This document shows positions 49,172 through 59,506 of a DNA stretch of 64,000 nucleotides, piece by piece; within the stretch, counting starts at the first letter, position 1, and each line of letters starts with the position of its first letter. The DNA is from Blepharisma stoltei ATCC 30299 (taxonomy: Eukaryota; Protista; Ciliophora). The position numbers and the translations under genes were made by a program. Below the pieces are notes generated by a model. The model saw nothing but the letters and a program-made list of their open reading frames with translations, was not told the origin of the DNA and did not search any database. Where the stretch lies: contig CBFDEM010000033.1 in NCBI GenBank assembly GCA_965603825.1, positions 1 through 64,000 on the forward strand, written 5' to 3'.

Positions 49172-49924
49172 ATGACTTCTAATCTAACACCAATCTATGA
49201 GAGGAATCAAGATGCAACAATTTATGTAGGAAACTTAGACCAAAGAGTCCATGAAGAGCTCTTATGAGAACTTTTTATCCAATGCGGACCAGTTGTAAAC
49301 GTCCACATGCCCAGGGACAAGACATCTAATGAACATCAAGGATATGGCTTCGTAGAATTCCGCAATGAAGAAGACGCTGATTATGCTATCAAAATCATGC
49401 ATATGATAAAATTATATGGAAAACCTATAAAAGCCAATAAGGCTTCTCAGGACAAAAAAAGCCAAGACATCGGGGCAAATATTTTTGTGGGGAATTTAGA
49501 TGCAGAAGTAGACGAAAAAAAGCTTTTTGAGACTTTTTCAATATTTGGGAATGTGATTTCAGCGAGGATTAATAGAGATAATATGACTGGGACTTCGCAT
49601 AGGTATGGGTTTGTGAGTTTTGATAATTTTGAAAGCTCAGATGGGGCGATACAGTCTATGAATGGACAATTTTTGTGTAATAAGCCAATTACAGTGACTT
49701 ATGCTTATAAGAGAGACTCGAAAAGAGAAAAATTCGGGTCTATGGCTGAAAGGATTTTAGCAGCTAATCGGCCTTATAGCAGACCTATGTGGACTGGAGC
49801 TTATAAAGCTCCACAGGTCCCTCAAAGTTCACAGCCTCCGCCTATTCCAAGCCAGTCAAGATCTTTTCCTCCACCCCCGCCTCCTCCGCCTATACGTCCT
49901 TCACTTCCTCCTCCAATTAATTAA
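49172..49924 (+). CDS. SF3B4: Splicing factor 3B subunit 4 (two RRMs, Pro-rich tail)
   Basis: [14 protein letters not shown]...ELL(TGA=W)ELF.Q.GPVVN.HMP; HQGYGFVEF; MIKLYGKPI. Confidence 0.95.
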
Positions 49925-50053
49925 TTATCTTACACATTATTTTCCAATAAACCCTCTCTACTTATTTTTAAAAAATTCCGCTATCTTCAGCTTCATCTAA
50001 TTTTTATTAAAATTGTTTTCAAGCTTTTTATTCAAAATTCAATAATTTAAAAA

Positions 50054-50611
50054 ATGAGATCAAAACTCGATGACCTCTTAGACGAACTTAATGACATTGA
50101 CGAGCATCCCCAGCCAATCCAAATGCGAAATCAGCAGCCTCTTGCTGTCCAGACCAAGAAAAATAAATCCTCTCATCGAGAAATTGATGATCTTCTTGAT
50201 CTTGTAAATGATATTGACTCTCCTGAGCCAGAAAAGCCGGCTTATGTGCCTAGCTACCAAATCCCAGTTTCAAACTCAAGTAGGCTGCAGAAGTGCTATC
50301 CTCTGTGTATAGGCGGAAGCAATTTAGAAGTCGGCATTTGCTTTAGTTCAGCTTCTTTGAAATGCTGCAATAAAATGAGATGCACAAAATGTGATTTATC
50401 AGTCAAGAGGTATCAAAACAAAATCTGGAAAGATGGGTGTAATTATTTGTTTTTTAGAAATAACTATTCAAGAGATGATATGCTACAGCCTGCACTTGCA
50501 GATGCAAATGGTTTTTGTGCTTATTTTTGCCAATGCCAGTGGCGAAATGTAAATGAGCCTGTCGTGCTGAGAGATAATCAGTGGGTATGTGGAGGACATT
50601 TAGGTAATTAA
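50054..50611 (+). CDS. CFAP418: CFAP418 (C8orf37)-like ciliary protein
   Basis: CYPLCIGG...RCTKCD...W...CNYLFFRNN...AYFCQCQWR...WVCGGH. Confidence 0.88.
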   Translation: MRSKLDDLLDELNDIDEHPQPIQMRNQQPLAVQTKKNKSSHREIDDLLDLVNDIDSPEPEKPAYVPSYQIPVSNSSRLQKCYPLCIGGSNLEVGICFSSASLKCCNKMRCTKCDLSVKRYQNKIWKDGCNYLFFRNNYSRDDMLQPALADANGFCAYFCQCQWRNVNEPVVLRDNQWVCGGHLGN

Positions 50612-50898
50612 GAGACGGAGATGTCGCAGAAAAAACTTAATATAATTCAAAATTTGATCACAATAAGTAAAGAAACTAAATGTTTTTAAAATTAAATTGG
50701 TATAAAACTGGAAAATCACGGACTAATATCGCTATATTAAATAATCAGAAATATCATGATTTTATAAGTTTTTTTCTATTATAATTTTGTTTTTGAGAAC
50801 TATTGTAAATAGTGTCCACTATTTTTTGTGTTATTGGTTCTTATATATAAAAAGTTAGAATCCTAAATGTGTAATTTTAAAAAGAATTCTAGAAAAAG

Positions 50899-51228
50899 CT
50901 AAAATCTGGCCTTGAAGTCAGATCTTACATTTTGGACTGTGTTTGAGAAGCAATCCCATTTACAAAGTCTTTTTAGAACCAGTTTGAAAAATGAGGAATC
51001 TTTTGTGTGTTTTGGGGTAGATTCGATTGATATTTCAGCTGGGTTATCAATGCTTAATGTAATTGATATAGTTGACTTATTTGTGGAGTCTTTTTCTAGA
51101 GAGTTTTGTAAGCAGCCTTTTGTTTGTAGCCGCAGCTTCCTTGCTTTTTCTAATCTTTCTTTGATTTGTTTGGGCTAAGTTAAGAATACAGTTGGAAGTT
51201 TCATCGTTTTTGCATTTTTCATGTTCAT
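50899..51228 (-). CDS. Small hypothetical protein (~100 aa), absent from the ORF track
   Basis: MNMKNAKTMKLPT, intron, PKQIKERLEKARKLRL...ARF-TAG; start could be 51204 or 51222. Confidence 0.65.
51175..51189 (-). other. 15-nt intron GTATTCTTAACTTAG
   Basis: Removes in-frame TAG; A10. Confidence 0.75.
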
Positions 51229-51895
51229 TTTAAGCAGGAAATGACAAATTGATAATTATAATAGAAAAATAAGATGGATTAAAAATAGTCACCAGAAAAA
51301 AATTTTTCCTTTCTTTGCAGGTAAATTCTGGATTTATAATAGTTAAATATAACTATAAAAACTTTATTTAAAAATTCTTTGTGGTTTAAACCTCACAAAT
51401 TTATTCATTCAAAAATCAGAAAGATTTTTGCTTTATTATATAAGGTAAGGATATTGATATCCGCTTCATTGAAGATCAATTTTAGTAAGCTTATAATTCT
51501 GGCAAGATAAAAGTTTTATAGCCAAAATTGGTAGCTGGCTCTTCAATAGAAAGTGAACCGGCTTTATATTAGCCATGTTTTTCTTTATTTATGCTTGCAT
51601 CTCTGGTTTAATTAATAAGTAAAATCTGGATTATAAAAAGAATTAATAAAAGAAATATCTCAGCCTACTTAAAAATAATGAATGCTTAATATATTATTCA
51701 TGATACTTCTTGATTGGTTATAAAATAATTTTTAATCCTTCTATAAATAGTGATCAAGACTTCAATTTTCTTTCTACCTTTACAATCCTATTAAAAAATA
51801 CAAATTAATGCATATCTCTTCTAAATAAAATTATTTACTCAAATGTCTTTTCCATTTCTCCAGTTAAAATATCAGCATTATCATAATTAAATATA

Positions 51896-53386
51896 TTAAA
51901 GCATCGATATTCTGTTTGCTTTTTTAGAAGGCCCAGTTTCTGACACTCTCGTATATGGAATGAGCTCTCTTGGATCTGTATTTGCTTGCATTTCAAACTG
52001 CTTTTCAGCTTCAATCGCCTCAAAGCTCGCTTCTCTCAGCCTCTTCAAAGCTTCACAAAACGCAGTCTAACTACAAATTACGTTAAAATGCACATGTTCC
52101 TGTGACTCAGAAAAAAATTCCAGCGTCTTCCCCAGCATTTCAAGCCCCAGCTCAATCTGTTCTTTTTGAAATCTCTGCAATTCTTCTTCAGTTTTTAATT
52201 TTTTTAATAAAATTTGATTTTTTTCGCATTTTGCTTGTGATCTTATTCTTTCGCTCATAGTATTTACCAGTCCGAATCTTAAATCCTCGATTTTCATCAT
52301 TCACATTTCTTCGTATTCTCTTGACCTTTCTAGCTTCATTAAATAGTGATGTTTTATTATTTCTTCTTCGTTCATTAATTCTTCTTGAGTAATTTTTTCA
52401 TCTTCAAGATGGGCACCTAGCTCGTCATATCTTAGGACTCCTTGGACGTTTTGTTCAGTAATCTTGCTGAGCACTGATTTTATGTCCATTCTGATGGTCC
52501 TGTAGTCTTCCATGCATTTTTTCTTGAGATTCAATAAATGTTCATATTCTGCTTTTAGGCCGAAATTTTGTGATAATAGGCTGTTTTTCTGTTTTTCTAG
52601 TTTTTCCCATTCTTTTAGCGCGATTTCCATAAGTGTCGTATCATTCTTTTTCTCTTTATACCCAAGCTTATTTCAAAAGGCAGCTTTATTTTCTGGCAGC
52701 TGCAAAGTCTGGTCATTGAGAGCAAGAAAAACCATTTCTTCAGGCTTGCATGACCTTGCAAATATACTTTTCAAATTTCCAGTATTAAATAGCTCAGGTA
52801 TCGCTTCATTAACCCCATAAGACTCTTCAAGCTGCTGAGAAGCTCCTTTTTCATCCCCCGAAGCTTCTTCAAAAGAGTCATTTTCAAAGAAATTTATCAC
52901 GTTTTCTTCAGTTTTGATGCTCCTTGAACTGGGTATTGAAATTGCTTCAATTTCTGTTTTATTCTGTGGCCTGAACCTATTTTTCTCATTATTTTGCTTT
53001 TTTAAAGGAAAGCCAATGTCTGCGTCTTTGAAGGATAAATTTGACGTTTTTCGAGAATCCATGTCGATTCCTCTTACTAGGACTGGAAATTCCATAGAAG
53101 GGACAAAGTTTTTAATAGAGTTTGACCGTTTAGCACGGCGAAAAACTGGGGAGTTTGAAGAGGATGAAGCGGAGACTGGGGATTCTTCGACTGTTGCGCT
53201 TTCGGAATGGCCATCTTCAGAATGAGTTATAAATCGAGATGGAGATTTGCTGCCTTCGTTACGCTGAGGAGGGTGCAGCTCGCGGCGGGTCTCGTCATCT
53301 TCTTCCTCTTCTTCTTTGATTATGCCGAGAGATTTTTGTGTTGCGCGAGATGGGCTAAATTCTCCGTAGCTACTGCGGAATTCCAT
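51896..53386 (-). CDS. Hypothetical coiled-coil protein with disordered N-terminus
   Basis: Three same-frame ORFs joined through two TGAs and one intron; TAA at 51896. Confidence 0.82.
52067..52081 (-). other. 15-nt intron GTAATTTGTAGTTAG
   Basis: Removes in-frame TAG; A10. Confidence 0.88.
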
Positions 53387-54020
53387 TTTTTGAAAATTTG
53401 TGAGAAAGGTAAATTAAATAGCTTTGATTAAATTTCCCCAAAATAAAAGACTGATTTTTTAAGCGAAATTTAGCTTGAAATTATTGTAAAATTGATAAAA
53501 GCATTATTAAAAGAGACTTAGTATATAATTAAGAGATTGATGATATCAATGCTTATCAATTATAACTTTCTCTTGATTTATAAGACTTCCGATTTGTGCA
53601 TTATTTTTAATATTTTAGTCCACTTTTATAGTTTAGCTGAAGTTGCTGATTATTTTATAGCTAACTGATTGGAGTAATTTACTGGTGTAGACATACTTAA
53701 ATATGCAGACATTTTTAAGTATGATTTTATTATAATCGTTTTTGCCTGATGTCTCCTGACAATCAAAAATTCACTTATTTATGAAGTACATATTTAATCC
53801 TCGACCCAAAATGTCTGATCTTATCTGGCAGCTGGTCTTCAAATTTGCAGACTTTCAAAAAATTGCTAAAAAACTATCTATTATGCTCAGATTAATAAAA
53901 CATTCAAAATCCTTTTAAATTATATACCAAAAACTCTTATCTCCAATTTCTATATAATTTCCTCTTCTTTTTTCACAATAATCTACAAACGATAATTTTA
54001 TACCCATTAATCCATAAATA

Positions 54021-55183
54021 ATGATTATTCTAACCTACAGCTTAATTGTTCTCCTCAGCCCTACTCTTGTCCTTTCCAAGTTTGCCCCAGTCCATGGATT
54101 TTCTCTTTCTAAAATCCGCTCCTCTATAAAAGAAGAACTGTAGGCTGTTCCAAAGTTAAATGTGATTCTAAAGGGATTGTGCCTGAAAATCTGTGCGGTG
54201 CTTATGAAGAAGACTCAGATACATGATTCTTCAGAAACTGCATATCTGGAGACTACTGCACCTTGAATACTACTAACAATTCATTTACTTGCAAACCCAT
54301 CCCTCAAAATTGGTTCTGGCCTATGGAAAAATGCAAAATAGATTCGCAGTGTAACCCAGATTTTTCAGCAGGCTGTGATAGTAAAACTGGCACTTGCAGC
54401 CCAGGTAAATCTTACCCTAACTGCACCTATGATTATGAGTGCAAAAATGGAGAATGGTGCCAAGGAGGAGAAGAAAGCGGAAAATGTGTCTCTTTGCTTC
54501 CAATTGGTCAGTTTGGCTGCGAATATGACACAAGTTGCGTTTATAACGCAGGCTGCCATGTAGCAAATCCTGAGAATTCTTATTTAAATTTATGTGTCGA
54601 ATATGGGTCAATTCAACCTGGTGAGACAATTAAAGCTGAGTCTTGTATAGATAATAAAAGCAGACTTTGCAGCTCGGGATACTGTAGCATTGCAGAAGAT
54701 GGCAATTATTATTGTTTAAATGAACTGAAATCCCTAACTTTTACTCCTATGAGATGTTACAATTCAGAAGCCTTTGATTTTTGCCCTTCACAGATAGACA
54801 AGGTGACTGGGTATTACCAAAACGGGACTTGTCTGTGTGGGCTAAATGAAGAGGGTTATGGCTACTGCTCCCTGCACCATGGAGATCCCCCATTTATCAG
54901 ATACAGAAAACAGCTTCAAAAGTGGCTTAACAGCAATGAGGTCAAGAATTGCAATACAGGCAGGAGGTTTGCTTTGTCCTGCGCTGAAAATTATTGGAAT
55001 AAGGACGATTATGCAATTTTAAGCTATTATGCTTTGTATGTTGATTATTACTCAGACTTGCAAGGCTCTGACAAGTGTATATGGGCAACAGTATATCCTG
55101 ATTACGCTGCAGCCAAAAAAGAGTACGAAAAAGTAAACGCTGCTGGATTTTTAGCATTATCAAGTTTATTATTATTTAGCTAA
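54021..55183 (+). CDS. Secreted, probably GPI-anchored Cys-rich surface protein with a 1-nt frameshift near 54130
   Basis: Signal peptide MIILTYSLIVLLSPTLVLS is in one frame and the Cys-rich body plus hydrophobic C-terminus in the -1 frame. Confidence 0.75.
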
Positions 55184-55186
55184 TAA

Positions 55187-56382
55187 CTATAAAATTAAAG
55201 AAATAGTTAGCATGAGCTTCCATAAGTAAGAAACCCACGCTGAGCTGGTCCTTGCTTTTGCAAAGCCAATTCTATTATTGTCCATATCAAAATTAGTGTA
55301 GTATTTTCTCATAAAAACATCACCTAATATCCAGTAAGCATCTTCACCGTTAGCATCAATCGCAACCAGGCATCTTCCTTCACCAATAGCGCCCATATAG
55401 GCATCTGAGTTTAATTCAAACGTTTTTCCATTTAACTCAAAAATCAGATCAGGATATTTTTTCCCTTTTGGCGGCTTGCAAGAGCATGTTAAGCTTCCCC
55501 CTTGATTATTTGAGCATCCAAACAATTTTATCAATATCAAAGCTATCTCATTAAATCCTTCTTGTGGAGCTGATATAAAGCTAGTGCCTGAATCAATCAC
55601 AGCTGGAACACTAAAATCAATTTGAGCGTCGTAAAATGTAACTTTATTACACAAAAGTGTCCAAAAGCCCAGAATGTTTGTAGCTGTTGGGATATAAGTA
55701 AACTTGCTTTCCTTCGAGTATTTCTTTAAGTCATAGCCGTCTATTATCAGACTAGAAGAAATATCATCGTTTTCATTATCACTCAAATATAAGGCAAACT
55801 GTCTGTTTTTGATTTTGCCTTGGTTTTTTAAAGCAGTCACAAATGAAACATACCCTGGTTCCATATTATCTAATGCAAATCCAATGAGCCCATCGCTTTC
55901 CTGAGCATCGTTATTTTCTTCATGATCTACCAAAAGGAACTTAAAACTGTTAGCTGAAAATGCGGTTTTATCGCCAATGCTTACGACGTCGTCTGACACT
56001 AGTGTACCGTTTACTACGCTATTGTCGCCGTAGGTTATAGAATGCAATTGGTTAGTAGAAGTAAATGTGAAGAAGCTGCCGAGTTAAAAGTATTGTTGCA
56101 TTGATGGCACTTGGTGCAGCCTTTTTCTACAACCCAAAGAATTACACTCCCAGTATCAATTTGGACAGTAAATTTCTGTGGAGGAGTCCCTATTGAGATG
56201 ACACCATAATATTGCAACTAAATAGAAATTACATCCTCATAATTTGTGATCTTCGATGATGAGCCTTTTGATTTTCTTAACATGCGGTCTTGCATCATCT
56301 CATCTTTGCTGGAGAATTTTGAGTGGAGGTCCATTGAAATCGATGCGAAAGCTAAAGAAATGCAGAGATAAAGAAAACTCAT
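55187..56382 (-). CDS. Pepsin-like aspartic protease (A1) with one intron and a 1-nt frameshift near 56068
   Basis: [26 protein letters not shown]; AVIDSGTS; [23 protein letters not shown]. Confidence 0.88.
56218..56232 (-). other. 15-nt intron GTAATTTCTATTTAG
   Basis: Removes in-frame TAG; A10. Confidence 0.9.
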
Positions 56383-56558
56383 TGTAGAAAAATTAATTAT
56401 AAATGTCCCATAATTAAGGATAAACCATAATTCGAAAGAGAAAAGTATGCCATGCATTTTATTGTAGATTTTTTGAATAAAGTTAAGAAGCATTTTTTAT
56501 AAATGAAGTCATCAGACTGGAATAGGCATAATTATGGCGTATTTAAGTTTATCAAAAT

Positions 56559-56630
56559 GTCAGAGATCAGGATTTGAACCTGAACTAGCAGCTTTGGAAC
56601 TCAGCTGTGCTACCATTACACTATCTCTGA
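56559..56630 (-). tRNA. tRNA-like gene with atypical anticodon arm (loop region GAGTTCCAAA; identity undetermined, Trp-CCA or Gly-TCC)
   Basis: Acceptor TCAGAGA/TCTCTGA, D arm GTGT-AATGGTA-GCAC, T arm TCAGG-TTCAAAT-CCTGA, A and B boxes, downstream TTTT; canonical 27-31/39-43 positions do not pair. Confidence 0.8.
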
Positions 56631-56974
56631 TTCAGAATTTTCTTACTCAAAATTCTTATATTTTCTTTCTCAAAATACTTAAATTTTCTTAATATGCATT
56701 AATTGGCCTAAATTAATAACTCAACCAGAGCAAAATAATATGCATGGTTAAATAATAGAATTTTCCGTATTATTCTTTGCTTTTTAAGCAGTGTGTGAGG
56801 TGCCTTTACAGAAATCAAAGAATTCCTGCCTATTTTCCTCATTTTTCTTCTAGGAAAGCTTGGGACTGACTTAACTCGCCAAGCCAGCGTATCGCTTTCC
56901 ATAAGTTTCATATCAAAACTACTCACTATAAAAATTCGTCGACGAGAATAATGTCTCCCATTTATCATAATAAA

Positions 56975-58366
56975 ATGAAGGCTTTAATTTTATTGTGTCT
57001 CCTCGGCCTTGCCCTTTCCCACACGGCATCAGAATGGGCCTCACGCACCATTTACCAAGTTTTAACAGACCGCATGGCCCGTCCAGACGGTGATACAAGT
57101 GGTTGTCCTAACCTTTCCAACTACTGTGGAGGAGGTTGGGCTGGAATTACCAATAATCTCGGCTACATCCAAAACATGGGCTTTGACGCCATCTGGGTTT
57201 CCCCAGTCGTGACAAATACTCCAAATGGTTACCACGGGTACTGGGCTCAGAACTTCTTTACTTTGAATTCGAATTTTGGCTCAGAGCAAGACTTCATTAA
57301 CTTAGTTTCTGCCTTGCACGCCAGAGGCATGTGGATTATGCTAGATGTGGTGGCAAACCACGCAGGGCCGACTGTTGATACAAATCTTGATAACACTAAT
57401 GTGATTTCTCCATTCAACCAGTCGTCATATTACCACCCATTTTGTAATATTGATTGGAATAATCAGTACAGCATTGAAAACTGTTGGCTTGCGAGTTTAC
57501 CTGATTTGAACCAGACCGTGCCATATGTAGGCAATACTCTTTTAAGCTGGATTAGCTGGATTGTTACCACTTACAATATTGATGGTCTTAGAATTGATAC
57601 ATGTATGGAAGTTCCAACATGGTTCTGGTCACAGTTCGCAAAAGCATCTGGAGTTTATACAGTTTGTGAAGTCGACAACCCAAGTATCAGTACCAATGCA
57701 GGATACCAAGGAATTGTGGACGGGACCTTGAACTATCCTTTGTATTACTTGATAAGGGATTTATTCCAACAAGGGCAGTCAATGTACAATGCAAGATCAT
57801 TCATGCAACAGGCATCATCAGCCTTTTCCAATTTGAATTATCTAGGAAACTTCGTAGATAATCATGATAATCCTAGATTTTTATATCAGTACAACATGAT
57901 AAATAGATTCCAAAATGCAATTGCATGGAGTATGACCTGGCCTGGAATTGGAATTTTATACTACGGCGATGAACAAGCCTATGCAGGCGGTAACGACCCT
58001 TACAACAGAGAAATTCTTTGGCCAAACCTCGGAAACACTGGTTCTCAAATGTATACATTTGTGACCAAAGTTGTCCAATATAGAAAAGCCAACCAAGTCT
58101 GGAACTACCCATGGGTTGAAAGATACGCAGACGACAATTTCTACTGCTACACCAGAGGATTAGCGATGATGGCTTTCAGTAACACCAATAACAACCTTCA
58201 GTACAACGTCACTTATCATCCTTACCAAGTTGGTCAAGTTCTTTGCAATATTTTCTATTCAACAGACTGTGTAACTGTTCTGTCAACTGGTGTGCCTGTT
58301 TACTTAAATGGAGGAGAGACCAAGCTTTATCAGCTGCAGTCTAAAGAAACTCCTAGTGAGATATAA
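56975..58366 (+). CDS. Secreted alpha-amylase (GH13, Taka-amylase-like)
   Basis: IYQVLTDR, GFDAIWVSP, YHGYW, DVVANH, DGLRIDT, NHD; signal peptide from 56975 (upstream ATG at 56951). Confidence 0.95.
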   Translation: MKALILLCLLGLALSHTASEWASRTIYQVLTDRMARPDGDTSGCPNLSNYCGGGWAGITNNLGYIQNMGFDAIWVSPVVTNTPNGYHGYWAQNFFTLNSNFGSEQDFINLVSALHARGMWIMLDVVANHAGPTVDTNLDNTNVISPFNQSSYYHPFCNIDWNNQYSIENCWLASLPDLNQTVPYVGNTLLSWISWIVTTYNIDGLRIDTCMEVPTWFWSQFAKASGVYTVCEVDNPSISTNAGYQGIVDGTLNYPLYYLIRDLFQQGQSMYNARSFMQQASSAFSNLNYLGNFVDNHDNPRFLYQYNMINRFQNAIAWSMTWPGIGILYYGDEQAYAGGNDPYNREILWPNLGNTGSQMYTFVTKVVQYRKANQVWNYPWVERYADDNFYCYTRGLAMMAFSNTNNNLQYNVTYHPYQVGQVLCNIFYSTDCVTVLSTGVPVYLNGGETKLYQLQSKETPSEI

Positions 58367-58462
58367 GTTACTTAATCTCCTTATAATAAAAAATTATGCA
58401 AAATCAATTTTATAATCTGTTAACAAGCCAATGCTAATTTAGATAAAAATTATGCTTCTATA

Positions 58463-59029
58463 TTAAATTAAAAAAATTTCTTCTTCATCAGTATAGTCTT
58501 CAGATAAAACGATTTCCCATGACCCTTTATTCTCATCTAAATGCTTTTTGGGGTTTCCTTGAGAGTTTATTCTTCCATATGCCCAAATGAAATTCATTTT
58601 TGCATTTTTCGCTAGCATTTTGTCATATTTATCCCCAGTATTTAGTGGCTTGCTCCAAGAAAACATTTTATATTTATCAACTGCGTTTACAGATTTTTCA
58701 GCTAAACTATCAAGGCCTCCTAATTTTATATCAGATTCTGGCTTAGAGTTCATAAAGGACCAGTAGTCGTCTATACGGCCGTCATGTAGGTTTATCATAA
58801 CAATATCAGCGTTTCTCATGTCACCTCCATCCATTATATCTTTAAAGCCAATGCCGACCCAGTCATAGTCGTCTTCCATTAAAGACATAGGGCAATGGTA
58901 CTCGAATTTAACAGAGTTTTCATCTGGAAAACTCCAATATAACATTTGATTGCGTGGTAGGTGAATAGTGCCTTTACCGTAAGCTAGGATTGTCAGAGAT
59001 AGCAAGAGCAAAGTGATTTGTTTAGCCAT
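58463..59029 (-). CDS. Secreted single DOMON-domain protein, copy 1
   Basis: WVGIGF...M..ADI...D.W...P..D; IWAYG...H; signal peptide. Confidence 0.88.
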   Translation of the reverse strand: MAKQITLLLLSLTILAYGKGTIHLPRNQMLYWSFPDENSVKFEYHCPMSLMEDDYDWVGIGFKDIMDGGDMRNADIVMINLHDGRIDDYWSFMNSKPESDIKLGGLDSLAEKSVNAVDKYKMFSWSKPLNTGDKYDKMLAKNAKMNFIWAYGRINSQGNPKKHLDENKGSWEIVLSEDYTDEEEIFLI

Positions 59030-59506
59030 TTTAATTTGAATATTAACGGAATTTTTTATATAAATAAGTGCAGTTAACGGAATAGTTGTAACATACTAAA
59101 TTTGTTCTTTTAAAAAATTTGGAAATACTTGAATATTAATTTATAAAAAATTTGATCGAGGCTAAATAGATAAAAAAATTAATAAATAGAATTCATCATT
59201 TGGATAAGCTGAAAAATGGAAAGATTTATATGCAATTCAAAAACTTGTTTTCAATATAATTAAAATAAAGATGGAGAATATAAGTTTACTATATATGCAA
59301 TACTTTTACTGCAAAAGATTAATTGTTTATAAAATGTTCTTAAAATTATCAGATAGAAAAACAATATTTTATTATAAAACTGCTTAAAGTAATTTAGCCA
59401 TTAAAACATAAAGATATTTATAAAAGCTATAGTGTCTGTAAAGCATAGCAGTTTTTTTAATACCATGTTATGCTTCTTTTTAATAATTTAATAATCGCCT
59501 TTAATA

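Noticed and set aside
56708-56968. Minus-strand 86-aa ORF and similar short antisense ORFs (for example 8421, 14168, 25357, 50912)
   Set aside because: No motifs; they overlap better-supported genes on the other strand or their promoters.
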